From Oceanispirochaeta sp. (GTDB taxonomy: Bacteria > Spirochaetota > Spirochaetia > DSM-2461): a DNA stretch of 64,000 nt. Under the pieces are notes generated by a model. That model was given only the letters and a program-made list of their open reading frames with translations. It ran no database searches and was not told the origin of the DNA. A program made the translations under genes and the position numbers. This document shows positions 32,434 through 40,815 of this stretch, one piece after another; within the stretch, counting starts at the first letter, position 1; every line of letters begins with the position of its first letter. Where the stretch lies: assembly GCA_963663385.2 (NCBI GenBank), contig CAXXXD010000002.1, positions 1,344,001-1,408,000 of the forward strand, in the 5' to 3' direction.

Positions 32434-33102
32434 TTGATACGCATTCTAGATATTCTGATTTCATTTGTAGCAATAGTAATTTTGTTTCCATTTTTACTAC
32501 CGATAGTTATCCTGCTTAAATTAACCGGTGAGCATGATATATTTTATTTACAGACACGTGTCGGATATAAAGGGAAGGATTTCAAAGTTTTCAAGTTTGC
32601 AACAATGTTAAGAGATAGTCCAAATATGCCTGGAGGCGTATTAACACAGAAAAACGATCCTCGAATTTTACCATTAGGAAATTTTCTTAGAAAAACAAAA
32701 ATTAATGAACTACCACAACTGATTAATATCCTTATAGGTGATATGAGTTTTGTAGGGCCAAGACCACAAGCTCGCAGGCATTATGAACTATATTCAGATT
32801 ATATCAGATCAAGAATAGATACTGTGCGACCTGGTCTGACTGGAATTGGTTCTGTTATATTTCGAGATGAAGAATCGATCCTGAATGATATAGATAGTGA
32901 TAGGGATAAATTTCATGATACTGTAATTGCACCCTATAAAGGAATTCTTGAAGACTGGTATGTAGAGAATAAATCTGTGAGATTGTATTTACAGGTTATA
33001 TTCCTTACAGCTGTATCTGTAATAATTCCAAGAAGCAAACTGCATTTTGCTATATTAAAAGAATTACCTGATATTCCTGAAGAACTAATGGGATTTCTTT
33101 AA
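32434..33102 (+). CDS. Initiating phosphoglycosyltransferase (bacterial sugar transferase, PglC/WcaJ-type catalytic domain)
   Basis: RILDIL, FKFATM, DPRI..GNFLRKTKINELPQLIN, GDMSFVGPRP, RPGLTG. Confidence 0.9.
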   Translation: MIRILDILISFVAIVILFPFLLPIVILLKLTGEHDIFYLQTRVGYKGKDFKVFKFATMLRDSPNMPGGVLTQKNDPRILPLGNFLRKTKINELPQLINILIGDMSFVGPRPQARRHYELYSDYIRSRIDTVRPGLTGIGSVIFRDEESILNDIDSDRDKFHDTVIAPYKGILEDWYVENKSVRLYLQVIFLTAVSVIIPRSKLHFAILKELPDIPEELMGFL

Positions 33103-33314
33103 ATTGATACTGATGAAATAATCTTTGTCTTGTAAAACTATCAAATATCCCAGTAAACAGAAGATTTCTGTTCTCCCTGTTTGTTTATAGGTATGAAGTA
33201 AAAATACAACAGGGGGACTTTTGCGGCAAGTTAAGACAACACTCTATATTCAAACCTGAAGGTATTTTAAATCCTGAGAGAACTCAAAACTTTCTGAAAA
33301 ATAGTTGTTGATAA

Positions 33315-34406
33315 ATGAAAAAAATGTTCTTACTGATTTCTTTTTTAACATGTATATTATCAACTCTTTTTTCAGATATCTCTATAGATATAACTTTACC
33401 GACATTAAACGAAGAACTCTATAATTTCGGTTCGCTTGAATCTGAAGAATTTGAATCTTCCGTAATTGAAATAGAAGATGAAATAAACGAAATTCTCAAT
33501 AAACCCTTAATCTCAAAAGCAATAAGTAATGCTATAGCATTAACATCTCAAATCCCCACAACTAACCAAATTCTAAGAAACAGGGACTATTCCTTTTCTT
33601 TCGGAACATCTGCTACCGCCTATACCTATACATTTGATATTGATAGAATCGAAGATGATATAACTGATTTCAATCAAGAGGACGATATTAATCTTGGTGG
33701 TGGAGTTCATGTCATAGAGTTAAATCTAACTTTTCCAATTAATAAAATTCTTAATGAAACAAATGCTTTCCTATCAATAGCGGCTTCTCATCTAATCAAA
33801 GATGAATACTACTTTGACAATTATTTCATACAATCAGGAATAGGAAAACAGTTCTATTCAATCGTGAATGAAAATGGATTAGTGAGTTGGACTCCAGTTT
33901 TCGGACAATGTAATTTCAGCTATAACTATAATAAAGCCGGTGCCCTGATTGATATCGATCAGATTTCTATTGATATGGAGGTGGATCCTGACGGTTCCGG
34001 AATACTGCCAGCCCAGCAATTTACAATTCAAACAGATCCTGAAGTAGATGTCGGTGTCAAATCTGAAATAGTAACAGCTGCATTTTCTTTTTCATCAAGT
34101 CTATGTCTCTTTAAATCAGCACATTTATATATAGGTTCCGGTTTAGTATTTAACTGGGGGAAATCCTATGCTTATATAGATGCGTATGAAGAATTAGAAA
34201 TAGTTGAAAGTGTTCAGGATTATCTAAGTGATTCCGGATCAGTTTCAATTTCAGGACAAGCTGGTAAAGATAATCCTATTCTTGTACTTCCATTCGTATA
34301 TGGTGGTCTTCAATTCCAGTTTAGTTCGATATTCCTTAATATCCCACTTTTATATAGCTCTGATCATGGATTAGGTGCTGGATTATATCTGGGAGTATCA
34401 TTTTGA
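33315..34406 (+). CDS. Exported protein, probable outer-membrane beta-barrel
   Basis: Signal peptide MKKMFLLISFL..; amphipathic strands; C-terminal GLYLGVSF with terminal Phe. Confidence 0.55.
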   Translation: MKKMFLLISFLTCILSTLFSDISIDITLPTLNEELYNFGSLESEEFESSVIEIEDEINEILNKPLISKAISNAIALTSQIPTTNQILRNRDYSFSFGTSATAYTYTFDIDRIEDDITDFNQEDDINLGGGVHVIELNLTFPINKILNETNAFLSIAASHLIKDEYYFDNYFIQSGIGKQFYSIVNENGLVSWTPVFGQCNFSYNYNKAGALIDIDQISIDMEVDPDGSGILPAQQFTIQTDPEVDVGVKSEIVTAAFSFSSSLCLFKSAHLYIGSGLVFNWGKSYAYIDAYEELEIVESVQDYLSDSGSVSISGQAGKDNPILVLPFVYGGLQFQFSSIFLNIPLLYSSDHGLGAGLYLGVSF

Positions 34407-35674
34407 AAAAGATACTCATAATAATATTTATCTCCTTATTAATACTTCCATACCTATATTCATACGAAAGTAAAGAAGTATATCCCTGGAAGACAATAGA
34501 TCTTTCTCCTTCATTTTCCTGTATGTATCTGTCTTCTCAAAGTCGGCATATTTCTGGACAAGGTGTTATTACCGGTCTGCAAGTAGCTGATCTATATGAT
34601 GGGTTCTTACTTGGATTAAATATGGGGTATGTTTTCTTTGATACGGAACATGAATACTTTACTCCGATCCCGCTCTTAGCTTTTGATGGGGGATATTCCT
34701 TTCCCTTAAATAATTATATGAGTGCCGGACCGTATATCGGGTATTCTTTATACTATCCGGTTGAGGATTTTTCAATTGGATTTGATCGAGTCCTGTCATT
34801 AGGAGTTGAATTTAATCTACATTTGTATAACAGGAATTTCCTTACTTTAAATTCATCCTATAATGCAGCTTTTGGCAGTTATGATTTTCTATCATTTAAA
34901 GCTGGGTTAAAACATGACGTTCCGGTAATGATGAAAATGCGAAAACCGGATTTGAATCTAGGCCTCTCTCCTGTTGTGTTTTCACCAGATTCAGATGGCA
35001 AGGATGATATTCTTTATATTGAATTGGATACATCTCATAAAAGAGCTATTGATGAATGGTTTGTAACTGTTTCTGATTATACAGGTAGTCCTATTGCTTT
35101 CTGGGGAGGTGATGGTCCGCCTCCTGAACAAATTGAATGGGGCGGTCAATCATATAGTGGAAATCTTGTATTCTCAGCTTCGGATTATTATGTATCAGCT
35201 GTGTTAATTGATAAGCTTGGTAATGAGACTACAGTACACAAGCCTTTTATCACTGATATTTTTGTTCAGGAAGTTAATGGAATCGCAAAAATACGTATCC
35301 CCAATATTGTGTTTTCACCAGGGAAAGCTGACTTTTCTACATTGGAAGAGCATGAAATCAACCGAAATAGCGAGATCATTAATAAATTAACTGATTTTTT
35401 AAAAAAATTCCCCGAATATCATATTGTAATAGAGGGGCATGGGAATATTATTGCCTGGAAGGATAAAATCCTGGCAGAAAAGGAACAAGAGGAAGAGCTT
35501 ATTCCTCTTTCCCTTGATCGTGCCAGGCTGATTAAGACGATATTGATAGAAAAAGGGATTAATGCTGAACGGCTTGATGTAGCAGGAAAAGGCGGGGGGG
35601 AACCTTTAGTTGCTTTTTCTGATGAAAGTAATCGTTGGATGAATCGAAGAGTGGAATTTATTCTTATCAAATAA
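34403..35674 (+). CDS. OmpA-family protein (N-terminal barrel-like region, FSPxxDG Ig-like module, C-terminal peptidoglycan-binding domain)
   Basis: Signal peptide; VFSPDSDGKDD; IEGH, LSLDRA, NRRVEFILIK. Confidence 0.8.
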   Translation: MKKILIIIFISLLILPYLYSYESKEVYPWKTIDLSPSFSCMYLSSQSRHISGQGVITGLQVADLYDGFLLGLNMGYVFFDTEHEYFTPIPLLAFDGGYSFPLNNYMSAGPYIGYSLYYPVEDFSIGFDRVLSLGVEFNLHLYNRNFLTLNSSYNAAFGSYDFLSFKAGLKHDVPVMMKMRKPDLNLGLSPVVFSPDSDGKDDILYIELDTSHKRAIDEWFVTVSDYTGSPIAFWGGDGPPPEQIEWGGQSYSGNLVFSASDYYVSAVLIDKLGNETTVHKPFITDIFVQEVNGIAKIRIPNIVFSPGKADFSTLEEHEINRNSEIINKLTDFLKKFPEYHIVIEGHGNIIAWKDKILAEKEQEEELIPLSLDRARLIKTILIEKGINAERLDVAGKGGGEPLVAFSDESNRWMNRRVEFILIK

Positions 35675-36049
35675 GTGAGTTTAATGATGCGTAATAATTT
35701 ATTTATTCTAATTCTTATTTTATTTCATTGTTTTTCACTTGGAAGCCAGGAATATAAAACCAGACAAGACTTTGTTCCACCGGAACCTCAAGAAGAACCA
35801 ATCTTTGGGATTTTTGATGAAATTGAACCAGCTGATGGTATTGCTATTTCTTCTTTAGGAGTTATTTCCGGGATATTTATTACTGTAGGATGTGCTTACG
35901 ATATTCTCGATTCTTCAATCAATGATCCTTATAGTGTAAAACTTCAACAGAATACTATTGAAACAGGTGTAGCTTTAATAGGTACAGGGATTTTTACTTT
36001 GGCTCTGGATTTTTTTATTACAAAAGCTAAAGAATCAAATGAAAAATAG
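35675..36049 (+). CDS. Small membrane/exported hypothetical protein
   Basis: Signal-like N-terminus and two hydrophobic segments; contiguous with the ompA gene. Confidence 0.5.
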   Translation: MSLMMRNNLFILILILFHCFSLGSQEYKTRQDFVPPEPQEEPIFGIFDEIEPADGIAISSLGVISGIFITVGCAYDILDSSINDPYSVKLQQNTIETGVALIGTGIFTLALDFFITKAKESNEK

Positions 36050-36099
36050 GGTAAAAGTCATTCTGAGTTGAGATGGCATAGCCGTGTTAATTAAAACAA

Positions 36100-36108
36100 T
36101 GATACTAT
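36100..36108 (+). promoter_or_regulatory. Extended -10 box of a candidate leaderless transcript
   Basis: TG-A-TACTAT, then 6 nt, then ATG 36115; no Shine-Dalgarno. Confidence 0.45.
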
Positions 36109-36114
36109 CTATTC

Positions 36115-36933
36115 ATGCAAAATAATAAAGACCCCTTCCACTGGCGAACCGCCATCTCCTACAAAACAAAAGATGAAATCGTCGTCCGCGGTTACGACCT
36201 GAACGAACTAACCGGAAATGTGGACTTCTCCTCCATGGTACAGCTCGTATTGAAAGGGGAGCTTCCCCCGGAAAATCACAGCAAGATGCTGGACGCCATC
36301 CTGGTCAACTTCTGCGAACACGCCTTCTCCCCCTCATCAGCCTCCTGCCGCTTCGTCGCCTCCGGCGGCGTCCCCCTCAATGCGGCCGTTGCCGGAGGAA
36401 TCCTCACCATGGGAGAACGCCACGCCTCGGCGGATATCCCCGCTAAAATGTTTCAGGATGCTCTTATAACGATGACCGAAGAGAATCTCTCAATAAAAGA
36501 GATGGCCCGGAAAATGGTAGGGGAGTACCGCGCTGAAAGGAAAATCCTCAACGGTTACCACCACCCCCAGCATATAAAAGACCCGCGGGTTGTCCGTTTA
36601 ATCGAACTGGCCGGGGAATATAAAATAACAGGCCCCCATCAGGAACTGGCCCTGGCCATACAGGAGGAAACCGGCCATTTCTACAGCCGCACCCTCTACC
36701 TGAACGCCCCGGGCATTATGGCCGCCATCCTTTCTGATATGAACTTCACCCCGGGGCAGATTAAAGGTCTGGCTATCCTCTCCCGCACCGTCTCCATGGT
36801 GGCCCACACCCTGGAGGAACAGGACCGGGAAAAAGCCTGGCGCGGCTCCGGCCAGTCCGACATCACCCAGCCCCTGGACCTCTCCCTCCAGGACCCCGCC
36901 TACTACGACGGCCCCGAAAAAAGATCCTTATAA
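36115..36933 (+). CDS. Citryl-CoA lyase / citrate-synthase-like protein
   Basis: WRTAIS..IVVRGYDL, EH..SPS, AVAGGIL..GERH, GYHHP..DPRV, LYLNAPG, RTVSMVAH. Confidence 0.78.
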   Translation: MQNNKDPFHWRTAISYKTKDEIVVRGYDLNELTGNVDFSSMVQLVLKGELPPENHSKMLDAILVNFCEHAFSPSSASCRFVASGGVPLNAAVAGGILTMGERHASADIPAKMFQDALITMTEENLSIKEMARKMVGEYRAERKILNGYHHPQHIKDPRVVRLIELAGEYKITGPHQELALAIQEETGHFYSRTLYLNAPGIMAAILSDMNFTPGQIKGLAILSRTVSMVAHTLEEQDREKAWRGSGQSDITQPLDLSLQDPAYYDGPEKRSL

Positions 36934-36941
36934 TATAACAA

Positions 36942-37075
36942 CCCCTCTCCCTCTGGGAGAGGGGATTAAGGGGTGAGGGTTTAACCAGCCAGTTCCCTCT
37001 GGGAGAGGGGATTAAGGGGTGAGGGTTAACCAGCCAGTTCCCTCTGGGAGAGGGGATTAAGGGGTGAGGGTTTAA
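36942..37075 (+). repeat. Tandem array of 45-46 bp units built on a hairpin-plus-mirror (triplex-type) motif; third unit interrupted by the IS and resumes at 38753
   Basis: CCCCTCTCCC-TCT-GGGAGAGGGG-ATTAA-GGGGTGAGGG at 36942-36979; unit CCCTCTGGGAGAGGGGATTAAGGGGTGAGGGT(T)TAACCAGCCAGTT starts at 36949, 36995 and 37040. Confidence 0.92.
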
Positions 37076-38748
37076 CCCGCATTTCTCACCAGCTTTTTAA
37101 CTAAAAAAGGATTTCCCATGTTAAAGTATTTGTAGCCAAACAATTACTTTACGCTAAAAGGAAATCCTATATGAATACAAAGTGTAAATGTGAACAGCTG
37201 GAATTTCAAGGGTTCGGAAGAAGAAAAATCGTCATTAAAAATGACGGGAAGATGAACACTACCGATGGCGGTTATCTACTACTTCAGCAGATTGAGCGAA
37301 AACACGGCATAATAAGTCACTTGGCGGATTGTTTTTCAGATTCCAGAGAACAGTACCGGGTTAAGCATACTTTAAAAGGATTGTTAACACAGCGGATTTT
37401 CGGGATTTGCCAGGGGTATGAAGATCTGAATGATCATGATCATTTACGAGAAGATCCGCTGCTGCAGTATGTGTGCGGAAAGGTAAAATCTCCCGTAGCC
37501 GGCAAGAGTACTCTGAACCGACTTGAGCTTGGTCTGGAGCCGGATGAAAGTGATGATCGATACAGCAAGATCACATGGAATGAGCAAGAGATAGAGGATC
37601 TATTCTGCGACTTGTTTTTGGATAGCCTGAAAGAGGCTCCGGATTCTCTGATTCTGGATTTTGATGCTACCGATATTCCCATCCATGGAGACCAGGCCAA
37701 CAAGTTTTTTCATGGTTACTATGATCACTACTGTTACCTTCCTTTGTACGTGTTCTGTGGGGATTTTCCACTTGCTGCAAAGCTCAGGCCATCCAATATC
37801 GATGCCTGTAAAGGCACCGAAGAGATACTGGAGAGACTTGTAAGAAAAATCAGGGAACGATTTCCGAATGCAAATATCATCTTCCGTGGAGATTCAGGCT
37901 TTTGTCGCGACAGTATCCTGAATACCTGCGAGTCCCTGAATATTGAATATGTCGTTGGTATGGGAAGAAATGATCGTCTTTTGGATAAGATAACCTGGCA
38001 AATGATCGAGACATCGAGAATTTATCAAGAGACAAAAGAACCAGCACGTGTTTTCACACGGTTTCCCTATCGAACGAAGACAAGTTGGAGCTGTGAGCGT
38101 CAGGTCGTAGCCAAGGCAGAGCATCTTCCCCGAGGTCGGAATCCCCGCTTTATTGTTACGAATATTTCAGCTGAAAAATGGGATGATAAATCGCTGTATG
38201 AACAGCTATACTGTGCTCGTGGTGACATGGAGAATCGTATTAAAGATCAGCAACTGGACATGTTTGCAGACAGAACATCATCGTGGTGGATGAGTTCCAA
38301 CCAGCTTCGCCTTTGGTTCTCTGCCATTGCTTATATTTTCTTCGTATATCTGCAACAGATTATCCGCAGAGTAACAGGGGATGATATAAAACGTATACCC
38401 TCTACTATAAGGCTGAAATATCTGAAAGTTTCCGCTGCTGTAAGGATAACAGTCCGGAATGTATGGGTAAGTCTACCGGAGAGTTTCCCGTACTGGGATA
38501 TCTGGATTAAAACATCGCAGGCATTCTGAATCAAGAATAATATCCAATGTATTTCTCATCGTTATTTTGAAGGGTATTGTATGCCGGAAGAATCGGTTTA
38601 AATCAGAAAAAGTGTAAAAATATAGAACAATTCAGAAATTGAAAAGTCAAAAAAAATGATTTGTATTATGAAATGGTTATACCAGGTATAGAAGGCAACA
38701 AAAAGTCTTCATTTTTATACCCGGTTCATAGCTGGTGAGAAATGCGGG
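37076..38748 (+). mobile_element. IS1380-family insertion sequence, 1673 bp, apparently intact
   Basis: Perfect 19-bp terminal IRs CCCGCATTTCTCACCAGCT (37076-37094 and 38730-38748); TTAA target duplication (37072-37075 and 38749-38752); single transposase ORF. Confidence 0.93.
37171..38529 (+). CDS. IS1380-family DDE transposase
   Basis: TTDGG, GYEDLNDH..LREDP, LDFDATD..HGDQ, FRGDSGF, YCARGDMENRIKD. Confidence 0.92.
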   Translation: MNTKCKCEQLEFQGFGRRKIVIKNDGKMNTTDGGYLLLQQIERKHGIISHLADCFSDSREQYRVKHTLKGLLTQRIFGICQGYEDLNDHDHLREDPLLQYVCGKVKSPVAGKSTLNRLELGLEPDESDDRYSKITWNEQEIEDLFCDLFLDSLKEAPDSLILDFDATDIPIHGDQANKFFHGYYDHYCYLPLYVFCGDFPLAAKLRPSNIDACKGTEEILERLVRKIRERFPNANIIFRGDSGFCRDSILNTCESLNIEYVVGMGRNDRLLDKITWQMIETSRIYQETKEPARVFTRFPYRTKTSWSCERQVVAKAEHLPRGRNPRFIVTNISAEKWDDKSLYEQLYCARGDMENRIKDQQLDMFADRTSSWWMSSNQLRLWFSAIAYIFFVYLQQIIRRVTGDDIKRIPSTIRLKYLKVSAAVRITVRNVWVSLPESFPYWDIWIKTSQAF

Positions 38749-38778
38749 TTAACCAGCCAGCTCTCTTTGGGAGAGCAT

Positions 38779-38807
38779 TTGAATGATTCCTGTAAACAAT
38801 GTATTAT
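38779..38807 (+). promoter_or_regulatory. Sigma70-like promoter for the TA operon
   Basis: TTGAAT-N17-TATTAT, 22 nt upstream of the antitoxin ATG. Confidence 0.5.
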
Positions 38808-38829
38808 AAGGTTGAAAGGCTGGTTTTAA

Positions 38830-39048
38830 ATGATTGAGCAGAAACAGATAATGAAATTGAATATATCAGAGAAAATTCAACTAATGGAATTGCTTTGGGA
38901 TGAAATAAGCCGTGATGATGATAATCTTGAAATACCGGAATGGCATAAACAGATTCTGGATAGCAGAATGACAAAAAATGAAGGTGATAATAGTCATTAT
39001 GAAGATTGGAATTCAGCTAAAGCTGATATCCTGAAAAAAATTCAATGA
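38830..39048 (+). CDS. Putative addiction-module antitoxin component
   Basis: LNISEKIQLMELLWDEI..IPEWHKQILDSR..WNSAK pattern; ATGA overlap with the toxin. Confidence 0.82.
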   Translation: MIEQKQIMKLNISEKIQLMELLWDEISRDDDNLEIPEWHKQILDSRMTKNEGDNSHYEDWNSAKADILKKIQ

Positions 39049-39338
39049 AAATACAGATTCTTGATGAAGCCAAAGCAGATCTGATAGAAGGCTTCCTGTT
39101 CTATGAAAAAAAATCAGCAGGATTGGGGCGATATTTTCTTGATTCACTTTATTCTGATATAGATTCATTGCTCTTATATGCAGGAATCCATCGTAAAATT
39201 TACAAGTCTCACTATAGATTACTTTCAAAGAGATTTCCTTATGCAGTGTTTTATAGAATTAATGAAACGAGCATTATGGTTGATGCAGTACTTGATTGTC
39301 GAAAAAATCCGAAGTCTATAGAAAATCGATTATCTTAA
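39045..39338 (+). CDS. Type II toxin, RelE/ParE family
   Basis: ILDEAKADL..FYE..GLGRYF, RFPYAVFY, AVLDCRKNP. Confidence 0.85.
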   Translation: MKIQILDEAKADLIEGFLFYEKKSAGLGRYFLDSLYSDIDSLLLYAGIHRKIYKSHYRLLSKRFPYAVFYRINETSIMVDAVLDCRKNPKSIENRLS

Positions 39339-39498
39339 TAAATATACCGAAGACCCCCAATCCGCAGCTGAGGTCAGCTAACGCAAACAGAAAGCCGGGC
39401 CCGAAGATACCCGAGCGGAGTCGAGGGGCCGAGGCTCGACCAAATCGCAGGAATCATGTTAGATTTGAACCAATCCTTCATACAACCAGGAACGGAAA

Positions 39499-40797
39499 AT
39501 GAGCAGTAATAAAACCGTCTATGTCGCCATGAGCGCCGATCTGATCCACCCGGGTCATCTGAATATAATCCACACCGCCGTACAGTACGGCGAAGTAACC
39601 GTCGGGGTTCTGACCGATACGGCTATCGCCAGCTACAAAAGGCTGCCCTATATGGACTTTGAACAGCGAAAAGACATTGTAGCGAACCTGAAGGGGGTCA
39701 GTAACGTTATCCCCCAGGAGACCCTGGACTATGTGCCCAACCTGAAAAAACTGAAACCCGATTACGTTGTTCACGGAGACGACTGGAAGGAGGGGGTTCA
39801 GAAAGAGACCCGTCAGAGGGTTATCGATACCCTGAAAGAGTGGGGGGGAGAACTGATTGAACCCCACTATACACCTGGCATCTCTTCCACCAAGCTGAAC
39901 AACGCCCTGAAAGAGATCGGGACCACCCCGGATATCCGTCTGAGAAAACTGCGGAGGCTCCTCAATGCCAAACCTGTTGTCCGGGTTATGGAAGCCCACA
40001 GCGGTCTGACCGGACTGATTGTTGAAAAAACGAAGGTGGTTAAGGACGGCCGGACCAATGAGTTCGACGCCATGTGGCTCAGCAGTCTGACCGACTCCAC
40101 CAACAAGGGGAAACCCGATATCGAGTGTGTGGACCTCACCTCCCGTCAGCAGACGGTCAACGATATCCTGGAAGTCACCACCAAACCGATTATCTACGAC
40201 GGAGACAGCGGGGGAATCCCGGAGCACTTTGTCTTTACGGTTAAATCCCTGGAGCGCCTGGGGGTATCCGCCATTATTATTGAGGATAAAACAGGCTTGA
40301 AGCAGAACTCTCTTTTCGAGAGCGATGACCTTCAGAAGCAGGATTCCATCGAGAATATCTGCTACAAGATAAAGGTGGGGAAGGACGCCCAGGTTACCGA
40401 TGATTTTATGATTATCGCCCGGATCGAAAGCCTGAACCTCGGCAGGGGAGTCGATGACGCTCTGGAGAGAGCCAAAGCCTATATCGAAGCGGGAGCCGAC
40501 GGGATCATGATCCACTCCAAGGAGAAGGAACCGGTCAATATGTTCGCCTTCTGCGATCAGTACAAAAAACTTGAAATTAGGGTTCCCCTTGTGGCCGTAC
40601 CCAGTATGTACTCCCATATTACAGAAACGGAGCTTCAGGAGAAAGGGATCTCCATTGTCATCTATGCCAATCAGCTCCTCCGGAGCGCCTATCCCATGAT
40701 GATGAAAACGGCGGAAACCATTCTGCAGAATGAACGGGCTCTGGAAGCGGATGCCGACTGTATGCCCATTAAAGAGATTATCTCTCTCATCAAATAA
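39499..40797 (+). CDS. pepM: Phosphoenolpyruvate mutase (AepX) with N-terminal cytidylyltransferase domain
   Basis: N-terminal DLIHPGH (HxGH), HGDDW, GISST; PepM motif [10 protein letters not shown] (EDK-x5-NS); [15 protein letters not shown]. Confidence 0.95.
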   Translation: MSSNKTVYVAMSADLIHPGHLNIIHTAVQYGEVTVGVLTDTAIASYKRLPYMDFEQRKDIVANLKGVSNVIPQETLDYVPNLKKLKPDYVVHGDDWKEGVQKETRQRVIDTLKEWGGELIEPHYTPGISSTKLNNALKEIGTTPDIRLRKLRRLLNAKPVVRVMEAHSGLTGLIVEKTKVVKDGRTNEFDAMWLSSLTDSTNKGKPDIECVDLTSRQQTVNDILEVTTKPIIYDGDSGGIPEHFVFTVKSLERLGVSAIIIEDKTGLKQNSLFESDDLQKQDSIENICYKIKVGKDAQVTDDFMIIARIESLNLGRGVDDALERAKAYIEAGADGIMIHSKEKEPVNMFAFCDQYKKLEIRVPLVAVPSMYSHITETELQEKGISIVIYANQLLRSAYPMMMKTAETILQNERALEADADCMPIKEIISLIK

Positions 40798-40815
40798 ACA
40801 GCGGAGCCGGAAGGA

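Noticed and set aside
33150..33220. Structured RNA or riboswitch after the glycan locus
   Set aside because: Only short inverted repeats (AACAGAA-GAT-TTCTGTT; CCCTGTT..AACAGGG); no recognisable family, possibly a terminator
36942..37075. CRISPR array
   Set aside because: Linkers between repeats are identical rather than unique spacers, there are only three units, and no cas genes are present
39478..40617. 379-aa antisense ORF
   Set aside because: Shadow of pepM; the same applies to 54924-55928 opposite the SLBB gene and other nested short ORFs
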